64,000 bases of DNA from Candidatus Bathyarchaeota archaeon (GTDB lineage Archaea > Thermoproteota > Bathyarchaeia > Bathyarchaeales > Bathycorpusculaceae). Within the stretch, counting starts at the first letter, position 1. The number at the start of each line of letters is the position of its first letter. Below, in pieces: positions 10,393 to 20,649 of this stretch. The stretch is from NCBI GenBank assembly GCA_963826715.1, contig CAWGYA010000008.1, positions 640,001-704,000 of the forward strand, written 5' to 3'. The translations under genes were made by a program, and so were the position numbers. Below the pieces are notes generated by a model that did no database searches, was not told the DNA's origin, and saw only the letters and a list, made by a program, of their open reading frames with translations.

Positions 10393-10919
10393 ACGATTCG
10401 GTCGGTGCGCGCTAAATCCTTAACCCGATTTACTCCGTCTATCTCCAAAATAAAGTCAGCGACACTTCGGGGAACAAGGTCTATCCATCCTGCATCGCCT
10501 TGAACCATTTTTTCCCGTACAAGCGTGGACATGTAAACTTTCCTGTCAAATAGGGGAATATCCCACACTGAATAGCCTGCCTCCTTAAACAACCTGCGCG
10601 TCATTGGTTCATTGGAGAAAACTTCGCTGAATTTGGGAGTGTATCCTTCCACTGCGCTGACCCACAGCATATGAAGATGCACATCGGGCACAGGAATAAT
10701 CCACAGCCGCCCAATGTCCACACCTGCTTCCTGCAACGCTTGCCTTACCATAACCAATCGTTCTCCCGCTGTGAACGGATTATAACTGGTGTGACTATAT
10801 TGGGCACTGCCTACGACAACAATTAACTCATCCATATTTCCAAGAGCATATTTGATGGCGTCTTTGTGTCCATTATGAAAAGGCTGGAACCTACCAACGT
10901 AGAGACCACGAGTAAACAA
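10389..10919 (-). CDS. nadM: Nicotinamide-nucleotide adenylyltransferase
   Basis: GRFQPFHNGH, NPFTAGER, STLVR. Confidence 0.95.
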   Translation of the reverse strand: MFTRGLYVGRFQPFHNGHKDAIKYALGNMDELIVVVGSAQYSHTSYNPFTAGERLVMVRQALQEAGVDIGRLWIIPVPDVHLHMLWVSAVEGYTPKFSEVFSNEPMTRRLFKEAGYSVWDIPLFDRKVYMSTLVREKMVQGDAGWIDLVPRSVADFILEIDGVNRVKDLARTDRIV

Positions 10920-10975
10920 GTGTATTCCCTGGAGTCAGGTTGCGTTTGGCTGCTTTTATGATTTGCGTAGGACTT

Positions 10976-11563
10976 TCAAGTGAACTTTTTTAGAACATTC
11001 TCAACTGGAAAAACTCTTAGGATAGAGCCGTCAACTTCGATCTCTTTTGGCTCACTGAAACCTCTCTTTTCTCGCGCCAAAAAATCCAATTTTACCCTCA
11101 ACCCACCAGGTCCATAACCAGCCAAACCAAAATCGGACTTTACCACCCGATGGCAAGGAACAAATGGCGGAAATTTGTTGCATGCCATAGCGTTTCCCAC
11201 GGCTCTGGCTCCTCCGCCAACGACCTCTGCGATTGCACCATACGAGGTAACGTAGCCTAAAGGGATAGCAATTGTTGCTTTAATCACTTTTTTTGTGTAA
11301 ACTGATAGACCGACAGTTGCCAAATAAAATTTTGAGCCAACATCTTCTCCGTCGTAGATAGATTTAAATTTTAATAGGAGTTTTTTTGCTCCTGGTGTGG
11401 GTTCATGAAAAACTTGAAAAGATTCATTAAAAGGTAAATAAAAAAGGATACTTTTAAGCGCCTTTTTCTGACTTCGACTAAATGTGGAAACAACTATTTT
11501 ATTCTGGTTTAGAGCAAATGCAAAATGAGTGCCACCTATGTTTTGGCAATAAATCTCGATCAA
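10976..11563 (-). CDS. ogt: Methylated-DNA--protein-cysteine methyltransferase
   Basis: SYGAIA, RAVGNAM, PCHRVV. Confidence 0.9.
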   Translation of the reverse strand: MIEIYCQNIGGTHFAFALNQNKIVVSTFSRSQKKALKSILFYLPFNESFQVFHEPTPGAKKLLLKFKSIYDGEDVGSKFYLATVGLSVYTKKVIKATIAIPLGYVTSYGAIAEVVGGGARAVGNAMACNKFPPFVPCHRVVKSDFGLAGYGPGGLRVKLDFLAREKRGFSEPKEIEVDGSILRVFPVENVLKKFT

Positions 11564-11851
11564 ATTTTAATCCCAAAATAATGTTTCTGACCGGTTCATG
11601 TTAAAAGTTTCCGTGGCAAGAAAGGCTCCCCAACAATCCATGTATATCACAACCAACAAAACATTTTGTGACCTATCTCTCTCCTTGAGCTCACTTTTTA
11701 TCGTTAGATTTATGCAGAATATATTTTCTCTACGGCATTCGTATCTAAACCATCTTTTTTCAAACACAAAAGCTTAATGTGTCCTTGTATAATGGTTATA
11801 AGTAACCTTAATAGATTGTTTTGTATATATCAAACCGAAAAGGTGAAAATT

Positions 11852-12562
11852 ATGGAAGGTTATGGACCACAACTCCCTCAGTTACCTCAAATTCCACAAA
11901 TTCCACTTATGCCGCAAGCACAGATGCCAGAGCAACAGCAAACACAAAGTCAACAAGCCCAAGGCGGTATGGGTTGGATGCCTGGCGCCACAACCGTCGG
12001 GGTCGTCTTCCAAGACGGAGTGCTCCTAGCTGCTGAGAAAAGAGTTACTTACGGCTACTTCATTATGAGCAGAGGCGGCAAAAAAGTCTTCAAAGTTACA
12101 GATCGCATAGGGGTCGCCTGCGCGGGTCTGGTTGGTGACATGCAAATTCTTGCAAGGGAAATGGAAGCACAAGCTAACCTCTACAGTATGGACGTAGGCA
12201 GATCCATAAGTGTGCATTCAGCCGCGAAACTCATGGCAAATGTTCTTTTCAATCGCCGCTATGCACCTCTAATCACCCAAACCATAGTCGGCGGCTTAGA
12301 TGAGGATGGACCCTCACTCTATGTACTCGATGTTCTCGGCTCACTCATCCCAGATAAGTACGCTGCAGTCGGCTCAGGAACTGAACTAGCTATCGGAGTC
12401 ATCGAAGAAGGCTACAAAGAAAATCTAACCCTTGCGGAAACCAAAGAACTGGTTAAACGAGCTATCAAAGCCGCCATCTCACGCGACGCCACAAGCGGCG
12501 ACGGTGTAGATTTCCTCATTATAACCAAAGACGGCATCACCGAAGATTCTACAAAATTCTAA
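11852..12562 (+). CDS. psmB: 20S proteasome beta subunit (Ala at the Thr1 position, probably non-catalytic)
   Basis: GATTVG...AAEKRVT, AGLVGD, GSG, RDATSGDG; ATG 11852 preceded by AGGTGA SD-like site. Confidence 0.92.
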   Translation: MEGYGPQLPQLPQIPQIPLMPQAQMPEQQQTQSQQAQGGMGWMPGATTVGVVFQDGVLLAAEKRVTYGYFIMSRGGKKVFKVTDRIGVACAGLVGDMQILAREMEAQANLYSMDVGRSISVHSAAKLMANVLFNRRYAPLITQTIVGGLDEDGPSLYVLDVLGSLIPDKYAAVGSGTELAIGVIEEGYKENLTLAETKELVKRAIKAAISRDATSGDGVDFLIITKDGITEDSTKF

Positions 12563-12627
12563 ACCCATTTTCTCTTCCATATTTTAGTAAGCATTAAGTG
12601 AAAAAGTAAATGCTTAAGGTGTAAAAT

Positions 12628-13251
12628 ATGTTCTTTGAGTTAACTCACCAAGAAGGAGAGTTTCTAATCAAACTTGCACGAGATACAGTGAAGGTTTATC
12701 TCGAAAAAGGCACAAAAATCCAGCCGCCAAAAGGTACCGCTAAAAAGCTCTTTGAGAAATGTGGTGTATTTGTAACCATAAATACGATAGTAAAGGATAA
12801 AAAAGAGCTACGCGGGTGTATCGGTTACCCTTACCCAACCAGCCCATTGATTGAAGCTGTAATTGACTCTGCCCTAAACGCGGCCACACAAGACCCCCGG
12901 TTTGAACCCGTCTCATGTGAAGAACTCGAAAGAGTAGTTTTTGAAATAAGCATATTAACCCCACCTGAAAAAATCGAAGTCGACAATCCTTACACTTACG
13001 TGAAAAAAATCAAAGTCGGTGAAGATGGATTAATCATCGAACACGGCTACTCCAAAGGTCTGCTGTTGCCTCAAGTTCCCATAGATTGGGGCTGGTGTGA
13101 AGAAGAGTTCCTTTGCCAATGCTGCATTAAAGCTGGGTTGTCGCCTGACACCTGGTTAACACCGGACGCAAAAATCTACAAGTTCCACGCTATCATATTC
13201 GAAGAACAAAAACCAAATGGCATTGTAAAACGCTTAAGCCTTAAAAATTAG
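12628..13251 (+). CDS. AMMECR1-domain protein
   Basis: GVFVT, LRGCIG, DPRF, GLLLPQV, CIKAG. Confidence 0.92.
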   Translation: MFFELTHQEGEFLIKLARDTVKVYLEKGTKIQPPKGTAKKLFEKCGVFVTINTIVKDKKELRGCIGYPYPTSPLIEAVIDSALNAATQDPRFEPVSCEELERVVFEISILTPPEKIEVDNPYTYVKKIKVGEDGLIIEHGYSKGLLLPQVPIDWGWCEEEFLCQCCIKAGLSPDTWLTPDAKIYKFHAIIFEEQKPNGIVKRLSLKN

Positions 13252-13252
13252 T

Positions 13253-14392
13253 TCAGTTCTGTAGTGACTCGATGATTTCAACTGTCCGCGGCAGACCCTG
13301 ATATTTGCCTGAGACCAGAGAAAGAGCAGTCACATTTCGACTGTAGTTGTCAAAGTTTGCTTCCATCTTTTTCACGGCTTTTTCAAGTTGCTTTCCATTT
13401 TTTGCAACTATTGAACAATTAAGGGCTTCAAGTTTCGCAGCGTTGCCAAGCTGCTCGGGTTGAGTTGGAAGGCATATACTAGGTTTGCTGTATTTGATAG
13501 TTTCAAAGCAAGTAGCATGTCCGCCGCTGAAAATAACAAACTTCGCATTCTTCATGGCTTCTTGGCGCTCCTCTACAGTAAGCCATGTGTGTATCTGGTA
13601 ATTGGCGGTTGAAACCGACGACTTTTTGCCTGGCACACCTAAGCTTACGATCCATTTATCCCTAGTTTTCTCAAGCACGGGCAAAATCGTTTTGAGCAAA
13701 TGCGCTTGGGAACCGACGGGACCGCTGATAGCTGCAAAAATATGGTCTCCTGACCCGCTTTCTGGTTTGGTATCTATGAAGCTACCCACATATTCAGATC
13801 GGTCAGCTATTCCTATGTGATTTATGTTACCGATGCTATATTCTGAAATAGTGAAGGGTGGCGGATTGTCAGGTATCACTATTTTTGTAGATGATTTATA
13901 GTAGCGTTCTATGAACCGTTCACCAGGGCTAAGCAACAATGAGAAGCCGTAGCTTGGTCGAATCATATTTTCAACATAAACCGAGGGAATTTTCCACCTG
14001 CCAGCTAACCGAAGAGCGTTTATGTCGCCATCTGCTATAAGGACATCGGGTGCAATGTCACGGATGTTCTGACGGAGGTCGTAGTAGCGATGTATGGTTT
14101 CATATGCGTTAGAGTTTTTAATTTCAATGCGGTTCTTCTGTACGTTAAAGAGCGGTAGCGGAAAAAAAAGGTTCAGAAGTGAAACCGAGGTAAGGATACC
14201 ATGTGAATTCTCATACCATGAAATCGGAGTGCAAGGGTAAACCTGCTTGAATTCTTTTTTTAGGAGCTCATATGCTTTTCCGCCGGAGAAAAAGAACAGT
14301 TCGTGCCCATGTTTCGCGAGACTTTTCCCTAGCGGAATGAGCCTTGAAACGTGTCCTAAGCCTAGTTCAGAGCAACTAAGTAGTAGTCGCAT
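13253..14392 (-). CDS. GT-B glycosyltransferase (GT28/MJ1255-like)
   Basis: GLGHVSR, GGHATCFE, PTQPEQLGNA. Confidence 0.8.
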   Translation of the reverse strand: MRLLLSCSELGLGHVSRLIPLGKSLAKHGHELFFFSGGKAYELLKKEFKQVYPCTPISWYENSHGILTSVSLLNLFFPLPLFNVQKNRIEIKNSNAYETIHRYYDLRQNIRDIAPDVLIADGDINALRLAGRWKIPSVYVENMIRPSYGFSLLLSPGERFIERYYKSSTKIVIPDNPPPFTISEYSIGNINHIGIADRSEYVGSFIDTKPESGSGDHIFAAISGPVGSQAHLLKTILPVLEKTRDKWIVSLGVPGKKSSVSTANYQIHTWLTVEERQEAMKNAKFVIFSGGHATCFETIKYSKPSICLPTQPEQLGNAAKLEALNCSIVAKNGKQLEKAVKKMEANFDNYSRNVTALSLVSGKYQGLPRTVEIIESLQN

Positions 14393-14488
14393 ACATTGTA
14401 TTGATGAGTGAACAAGGTTATTTGAACTATAGCTATCTTTAGCTGAGGAAGGGAAGTGTTTTAAGTGTTATTTGCAAGATTAGAAAGT

Positions 14489-15343
14489 ATGTTTATTCCA
14501 AGACGAATTGTAGAGGAAAAACTCAAAAGCCTCCTTACCGATGACCTCGGACAAGGTGATGTAACGTCAGCAGTGATAATTCCTGCAGGCAAGGGGGTAG
14601 AGGCCGAGATTGTTGCTAAAGAAGACGGCGTCGTAGCAGGGATAGAAGAGTCTATCATACTCGCAGAGTATTTGGGGCTCAGTGCGCAAGCTATGGTTAT
14701 AGACGGAGAAAAAATCACTAACAAACAAGTCCTCATCCAACTCTCGGGTGACGCTCAAAGTTTGTTTTCTGGGGAACGAACTCTTTTAAACCTGCTCTCA
14801 CGCATGAGCGGCATCGCAACTCAAACGCGTCATCTAAGTCAAAAAATAGCAAATGCCCAAATAAAAACAAAAATAGCAGCCACTCGCAAGTCCGCGCCAG
14901 GACTGCTCTATTTTGATAAAAAAGCCGTAGTTCTTGGAGGCGGTGACCCACATAGGTTACACCTCGATGATATGGTGCTAATCAAAGACAATCATATAGC
15001 TATCATTGGAACCGTAGAGGAGGCTGTTAAACTCGCTAAATCCAGAGTTTCTTTCTCTAAAAAAATCGAGGTTGAAGTCACCAGCTCATCAGATGCACTT
15101 TTAGCGGCTAAGGCAGGTGCGGATATCGTTATGCTGGATAATTTCTTGCCCGACGAAGTTGAGGAAGCCAGCAAAAAGCTACGTGCCTCGGGGTTCGGTG
15201 ATGTGTTGCTTGAAGTCAGCGGCAACATAACCCCCGAGAACTTGCTTGACTATGCGACGGCACAGGTTGACATAATTAGCATTGGAGCATTAACGCACAG
15301 CGTCAAAGCTTTGGATATAAGTTTGGAAATTTTAAAAAAATAG
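14489..15343 (+). CDS. nadC: Nicotinate-nucleotide diphosphorylase (quinolinate phosphoribosyltransferase)
   Basis: GDVTS, ERTLLN, TRKSAPG, HRLHLDD, IKDNH, MLDN, SIGALTHS. Confidence 0.95.
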   Translation: MFIPRRIVEEKLKSLLTDDLGQGDVTSAVIIPAGKGVEAEIVAKEDGVVAGIEESIILAEYLGLSAQAMVIDGEKITNKQVLIQLSGDAQSLFSGERTLLNLLSRMSGIATQTRHLSQKIANAQIKTKIAATRKSAPGLLYFDKKAVVLGGGDPHRLHLDDMVLIKDNHIAIIGTVEEAVKLAKSRVSFSKKIEVEVTSSSDALLAAKAGADIVMLDNFLPDEVEEASKKLRASGFGDVLLEVSGNITPENLLDYATAQVDIISIGALTHSVKALDISLEILKK

Positions 15344-15350
15344 TTCGATC

Positions 15351-15935
15351 TTATATCCCGATAGATAGCGTATAAGTTTCTACCACAGCGCCAATTATAA
15401 GTAAAAGCGCGACGAGTCCAATGAACATGGCAAGATACTTGAGTTCGCTTTTCCAGCGATTCTGCAGTATTCTGCGAAATAACCAAATGCTCTCCGTCAT
15501 TCCAATTGAATAAGAAACATATTCCAGTAGAAACACCACTCCAATCAGCCCCAAAGCTAAAAAAGCCGTTGCTCCAGATACTTCGGGATTGGTTGTTGCT
15601 ACTCCGCTGGCAGCTTGGATTTCAAAAACAGCCCGAAACGCTTGACCTGTGCTAAACAGAATGAACAATCCTATTCCTGCTCCTGCAAGAGGAATAAACA
15701 TGAGCAAGGAAAGCAAAAAGTTGTTTGTGAATATATCGGGAATCAATGTGCCATTGGCGGTGCCATGGGTAACAGTTTGGTTAAGCTGGTCGCTTATCAA
15801 CTGTGCATCGGTTGGGCTCACGGGCACTAACATACCGATCAGGGTAGCTAACACGGCAAGAATAAAAAGGAAGATAGCTGAGTAAATGCGCTTGCGACTA
15901 GGAGAGGTATTAACCCAGAACAATGGATAATTCAT
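15351..15935 (-). CDS. SpoIIM-like membrane protein
   Basis: Multi-TM; IFTNN and terminal LLIIGAVVE motifs. Confidence 0.65.
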   Translation of the reverse strand: MNYPLFWVNTSPSRKRIYSAIFLFILAVLATLIGMLVPVSPTDAQLISDQLNQTVTHGTANGTLIPDIFTNNFLLSLLMFIPLAGAGIGLFILFSTGQAFRAVFEIQAASGVATTNPEVSGATAFLALGLIGVVFLLEYVSYSIGMTESIWLFRRILQNRWKSELKYLAMFIGLVALLLIIGAVVETYTLSIGI

Positions 15936-16062
15936 TTTTTTGACCTTCCAAGATTATTAAGGAGTAAAATTTTTGTTCAAATCCTCGATATAGGGTTTAA
16001 CATTTCTGACAATTTAACCTTTCTTAACGGTTATAGATATTCAGGTTGAGTGCATGCTAAAA

Positions 16063-16695
16063 TTAGATGTCTGTTTGACAACCGCAGACTGGTTTGAGCC
16101 CCAGCGCTAAAATATACATTTCTGAACTTTTCATCCGACTTGCTTTCGGCTTTACAAGCTGAACCGACTCAAAGTTGTTTTTTACTTGCTGGATGAAATC
16201 GTTGATAAGATCACCTTCAAATACTTTGACGAAAAAGTTCCCGTTTGGTTTAAGCAGGCACCTTGCGATTTCCATGGCTTTTGTAGCTAAATCAATCTGC
16301 CGTGCATGGTCCAATTCCCAGACGCCTGTGACATTGGGCGCCGCGTCGGATATAACTACGTCGGGTCTATGGGGAAGAAAAGATAGAATCTGTTCATTGA
16401 TGTCAGGTTCAGTTAAATCAGCAACTATTGTTCGGATGTATTCTTGGGTAAAGGGCTCAATGGGTTTCAAATCCACCCCTAAAACGTAGCCATGCTTACC
16501 CGTCATTTTCCGAGCTGCTTGAATCCATCCGCCTGGCGCTGCACCTAAATCCACAACTATATCACGAAATTTGATGAAGCTGTATTTAGTGTTAGCTTGA
16601 ACCAATTTGTATGTTGAACGGCTACGATAATTTTCCTCTTTAGCTTTCTTATAATAAAACTCGTTTTTCCTTTCACGTATCCAAGCTTTCGGCAT
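16063..16695 (-). CDS. rlmE: 23S rRNA 2'-O-methyltransferase RlmE/FtsJ
   Basis: YRSRSTYKL, DLGAAPGGW, SDAAPN, KPKASR..SSEMY. Confidence 0.95.
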   Translation of the reverse strand: MPKAWIRERKNEFYYKKAKEENYRSRSTYKLVQANTKYSFIKFRDIVVDLGAAPGGWIQAARKMTGKHGYVLGVDLKPIEPFTQEYIRTIVADLTEPDINEQILSFLPHRPDVVISDAAPNVTGVWELDHARQIDLATKAMEIARCLLKPNGNFFVKVFEGDLINDFIQQVKNNFESVQLVKPKASRMKSSEMYILALGLKPVCGCQTDI

Positions 16696-17104
16696 CTATA
16701 TCATCCCCAACCATAATGGATTCCACTGGTGAGCTTGGACCATCAGGTTTGTTTTCGTTTCCAAGGTTAAGTATCCAGTCCGTAAGACGTTGGCAACTTT
16801 TAGGAGAAATTGCGGTTGTGGGATCGCATCTTGCATTGTCTGGACATAGCAGGCATGGACAATCAATTATAGTTTCAATAGATGCAGGAAGTCTTTTGGG
16901 GTAAAGGCGATAAGTCCACCGACCCTCTTGGAGCTCTTTTTCTCGACGGATAAGCCCTTTCTCTTCAAGTTTAATTGATACGCGGCTGCCTTCGCGACTA
17001 CTTGCGCCCAGCTCCCGCCATAAATCTGATTGAAGCACTCCTTGATAGCCTGTACCGACAACATAGTGAAGTGCTTTCTGCTCGAGGTCATTACGCTTTG
17101 GCAT
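16673..17104 (-). CDS. Transcription factor E beta (RPC34-like winged helix + Fe-S domain)
   Basis: wHTH (GVLQSDLWRELG...KLEEKGLIRRE) followed by PCLLCP...C...ISPKSC...W Cys cluster of the RPC34/TFE-beta type. Confidence 0.8.
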   Translation of the reverse strand: MPKRNDLEQKALHYVVGTGYQGVLQSDLWRELGASSREGSRVSIKLEEKGLIRREKELQEGRWTYRLYPKRLPASIETIIDCPCLLCPDNARCDPTTAISPKSCQRLTDWILNLGNENKPDGPSSPVESIMVGDDIDAESLDT

Positions 17105-17187
17105 GTTATGGTCAATTCCAAATAATACAGTAATATAAGCGTTGGATTCACATAAAAATATGTATCCCTGAATAAACGTGGAACCAC

Positions 17188-18213
17188 ATGAATAACATTG
17201 AACATGATTTAGACAAAATATGCTTGGGAATAGAATCTTCAGCAGACGACTTCGGCGTTGGCATCACCCGATTCAATGGCGAAATCTTAGCTAACCAATC
17301 CGATAGCTACATCCCAGCCGAAGGCGGCATTCACCCAAGGGAAGCTGCACGACACCATGCAGATGTCGCAGATAAAGTATTAAGTGAGGCTCTAAAAAAA
17401 GCAGGCATCAAATCCTCGGATTTAACCTGCATCGCCTTCTCTCAGGGACCTGGCTTAGGACCATGCCTCAGAACGGGAGCTACTGCCGCCCGTGCTTTAT
17501 CATCTTACCTGGAGTTGCCGCTGGTAGGTGTCAACCATTCGGTCGCCCATATCGAAATCGGGAAATTAAAAACAGGCGCCAAAGACCCCGTCACGCTTTA
17601 TGTTTCTGGCGGTAACACCATGGTAACTGCCTACGAGTCAGGGCACTACCGTGTCTTTGGTGAAACTCTCGACATTGCATTGGGCAACTGTCTCGATGTT
17701 TTCGCACGAGCAGCGGGGCTACATCACAAAAAAGGTTTGCCGCTGGGCGCCGCCATTGAACAAATAGCACTAAAAAGCACAAGACTAGTTCCCTTGCCTT
17801 ATGTGGTGAAAGGGATGGATATTTCACTTAGCGGCTTGTTGACAGCAGCTACGACTGCTCTGAAAAAAGGTAACTGGAATCTGGAAGATGTGTGTTACAG
17901 TTTACAGGAACACTCGTTTTCGATGGTAACTGAGGTAACTGAACGAGCGTTAGCTCACACTGAGAAAAAAGAGATCCTGCTCACGGGCGGTGTGGCAGCA
18001 AATAAGCGGCTGCAATTGATGTTAGATGTAATAGCGCAGGAACACAACGCTAAATTCAACGTGGTTCCACTCCAGTACGCCACAGACAACGGCGCGATGA
18101 TAGCCTGGGCAGGGACACTGGCATATAAGCATGGATTAACTATCCCAATTGAAGAGAGCAGGGTGCGGCTGCGTTGGCGAATCGACAAAGTGGATGTGCC
18201 ATGGATACAATAG
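17188..18213 (+). CDS. kae1: KEOPS tRNA N6-threonylcarbamoyltransferase Kae1
   Basis: LGIESSA, GGIHP, SQGPGLG, VNHSVAH, VSGGNT, DNGAMIA. Confidence 0.97.
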   Translation: MNNIEHDLDKICLGIESSADDFGVGITRFNGEILANQSDSYIPAEGGIHPREAARHHADVADKVLSEALKKAGIKSSDLTCIAFSQGPGLGPCLRTGATAARALSSYLELPLVGVNHSVAHIEIGKLKTGAKDPVTLYVSGGNTMVTAYESGHYRVFGETLDIALGNCLDVFARAAGLHHKKGLPLGAAIEQIALKSTRLVPLPYVVKGMDISLSGLLTAATTALKKGNWNLEDVCYSLQEHSFSMVTEVTERALAHTEKKEILLTGGVAANKRLQLMLDVIAQEHNAKFNVVPLQYATDNGAMIAWAGTLAYKHGLTIPIEESRVRLRWRIDKVDVPWIQ

Positions 18214-18869
18214 ACAAAACGTCGGAAGCGCGACTGATCAAAAAGGGCGCGGAAGCCAATCTATTCCTAACCAACTGGAAGGGTAGAAAAACTATCATTA
18301 AAGTACGAAGCCCTAAACGTTACCGCCCCGCCGAACTGGATAGACAAATCCGAAGCTACCGTACCATTCACGAACCACAGCTTATGCATGAAGCCAAAGC
18401 CGCCGGTGTTCATACGCCGCTAATTTACATGGTAAACGTCCCCCAATCAACAATAGTTATGGAATACATTGAGGGGCAGCAGGTCAAACAAATCTTAAAC
18501 CAAGCTACCAATTCTGAGCGTAAAAAGATCAGCGTCCAAATTGGTAAAAATACGGCGTCTCTCCATATATCCGGCTTAGTCCATGGCGACCTCACAACCT
18601 CCAACATGATCAGGGCAGATGACGGCATACTTTATTTTTTGGATTTTGGGCTTGGTGAAAAAAACTTTGAAAAAGAAGCGCGAGGCGTGGATTTACATCT
18701 GCTCAAGAGGGCATTACAGAGCACTCACTATCAGCATTGGGAAGACTGCTTCCAAGATGTAATGGTTGGCTACAACTCCGTTTGCGGAGTCGAGTTTGCG
18801 GAAAAGATTTATGAGAAAATCCATGAGATAGAGAGGCGTGGACGATATATCGATGAACGCAGGCAGTAA
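18201..18869 (+). CDS. bud32: KEOPS kinase/ATPase Bud32
   Basis: KGAEA, HGDLTTSN, DFGLG, VDLHLL; follows kae1. Confidence 0.95.
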   Translation: MDTIDKTSEARLIKKGAEANLFLTNWKGRKTIIKVRSPKRYRPAELDRQIRSYRTIHEPQLMHEAKAAGVHTPLIYMVNVPQSTIVMEYIEGQQVKQILNQATNSERKKISVQIGKNTASLHISGLVHGDLTTSNMIRADDGILYFLDFGLGEKNFEKEARGVDLHLLKRALQSTHYQHWEDCFQDVMVGYNSVCGVEFAEKIYEKIHEIERRGRYIDERRQ

Positions 18870-19458
18870 GTCCCCAGTAAAAGGCAAGGTTGTTTTTTTT
18901 GCAACAGCTAACATAAATAAATTCAATGAAGCTAGAGCAATCTTGGGTAAATACGGCGTTTCAGTTGGCATGCTAAGGATTAAAGGAGATGAAATCCAAA
19001 GCGAGAGCTTAAAAGAAATCGCCGAGAAAAGCGTACTCTATGCCAGTAGGCAGTGCAGTTTACCTATTTTTGTGGAGGACGCAGGTCTATTCATTAACGC
19101 CCTTTTAGGGTTTCCTGGTCCTTACGCTGCTTACGTCTACAAAACTATCCACAATAAAGGCATTCTAAAACTCATGAAGAACATAGATGACCGAAGCGCC
19201 ACTTTTAAGTCAGTTATCTCTTATTGCGATAGCCAAAATCCCTATCAACCAATAAGCTTCTTAGGAGAATCGTTTGGCGAAATCACCCAGACCGAGCGTA
19301 ATGAGTGTGGTAAATCAGGTTTCGGTTTTGACCCCATCTTCCAGCCAGCAGACAATAGAAAAACCTTCGCTGAGATGACAATAGAGGAGAAGAATTGTAA
19401 CTCACATCGGGCAATTGCTATTCACAGGTTTGCCGAGTGGTATGTTAAGCATCAATAA
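18853..19458 (+). CDS. rdgB: Non-canonical purine NTP pyrophosphatase (RdgB/HAM1)
   Basis: FATANINK, EDAGL, GFPGPY, GFGFDPIF, SHR. Confidence 0.93.
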   Translation: MNAGSKSPVKGKVVFFATANINKFNEARAILGKYGVSVGMLRIKGDEIQSESLKEIAEKSVLYASRQCSLPIFVEDAGLFINALLGFPGPYAAYVYKTIHNKGILKLMKNIDDRSATFKSVISYCDSQNPYQPISFLGESFGEITQTERNECGKSGFGFDPIFQPADNRKTFAEMTIEEKNCNSHRAIAIHRFAEWYVKHQ

Positions 19459-19505
19459 AAAATGTCATATTGATAGGGCTGAATAATCAAAAGTTGGGTA
19501 AAGTA

Positions 19506-20000
19506 ATGAGTGATTATGCACGTAAAGGCAATCCATTGCAAGAAGGCTTAATTACAGCATTAACTATAGGCGGCTTTCTCATAATCTTAGGGGCTACCTT
19601 TGGCTTAACACCGGAAATTCCGGGAAAAACCATTGTGTTCTTCAGCGATATTACCACCTACCCCATGAGGCAGCAGCATCATTTTACCTGCACCTAGCTC
19701 GCCTGCAGCGCACCTCGATTTCTTCGCCGCCATATTTAACTTTATGTTAGGCATAGACATTCTACAAATTACCCTCCTGGCTCTACAGTTTTGGATACAT
19801 TCTTCATTAGGCGCATTTCAGAAGCCATCGGAAACGTGGTTTTCTGGCTCGGCGGGGCAATAGTAGCAAATGTTTACTTATTGTCAGGCACAATTACCGG
19901 CTGGTTTGCATTTTGGACAAACATGGTCATAATCCTCGGCTTATCCTTGATAGTGAGAGGAATTATTCAATTCGGAAAAGATGACAATCGCAACTACTAA
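19506..20000 (+). pseudogene. Multi-TM membrane protein disrupted by two frameshifts
   Basis: Hydrophobic reading continues frame 0 -> +1 (near 19668; GSSIILPAPSSPAAHLDFFAAIFNFMLG...FWIHSS) -> back to frame 0 (near 19807; RRISEAIGNVVFWLGG...). Confidence 0.6.
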
Positions 20001-20109
20001 ACCCTCCAAAAAGATTTGAATAATATCAGATTTTATTTTTTTTCTGAATTAGCCTAGCTACTTTTAAATATCGGTGCGGTGTGATTTAGGTGCACAATAA
20101 GGTGTAACG

Positions 20110-20550
20110 ATGCCAAAGCAAGAAAAAGGAAAATCCCATTCAACTCGCCCAGTCAGTAGACGTCCACCCAGTTGGTGCAAATACCAACCTGAAGAAGTAG
20201 AAGCTTTCATAATAAAACTTGCCAAAGAAGGTCACAACATGAGCAGTATAGGCACCATCCTACGCGATCAATATGCCATCCCCTTGGTTAAACCAATCAC
20301 GGGCAAAAGCATAAGCGATACTCTCAAATCTTCAAACTTAGCGTCACCTATGCCTGAAGACTTATCGAACTTAATGAAGAAAGCTCAAGGCTTAGCGGTC
20401 CATATGGATAAAAACAAGAAGGACCTACATAACAAACGTAACATGCAAATCATCGAAGCTCGCATTCATAAACTATCTCGGTACTACAAGCGCGAAGGCG
20501 TCATAGATAAGAGCTTCAAGTATAAGGCAAAAATTGCCTCCGTAACCTAA
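20110..20550 (+). CDS. rps15: 30S ribosomal protein S15 (uS15)
   Basis: GKSHSTRP, IGTILRDQYAIP, PEDL, IEARIHKLSRYYK. Confidence 0.97.
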   Translation: MPKQEKGKSHSTRPVSRRPPSWCKYQPEEVEAFIIKLAKEGHNMSSIGTILRDQYAIPLVKPITGKSISDTLKSSNLASPMPEDLSNLMKKAQGLAVHMDKNKKDLHNKRNMQIIEARIHKLSRYYKREGVIDKSFKYKAKIASVT

Positions 20551-20649
20551 AATATTTATTCCCCCAAAATTTAGGGGCACATAGGTTCTTTTCACTTCAT
20601 ACACCAGGCTTTAAATCCTTTTAAAACATCAACTAAAGAAGTGAACATC

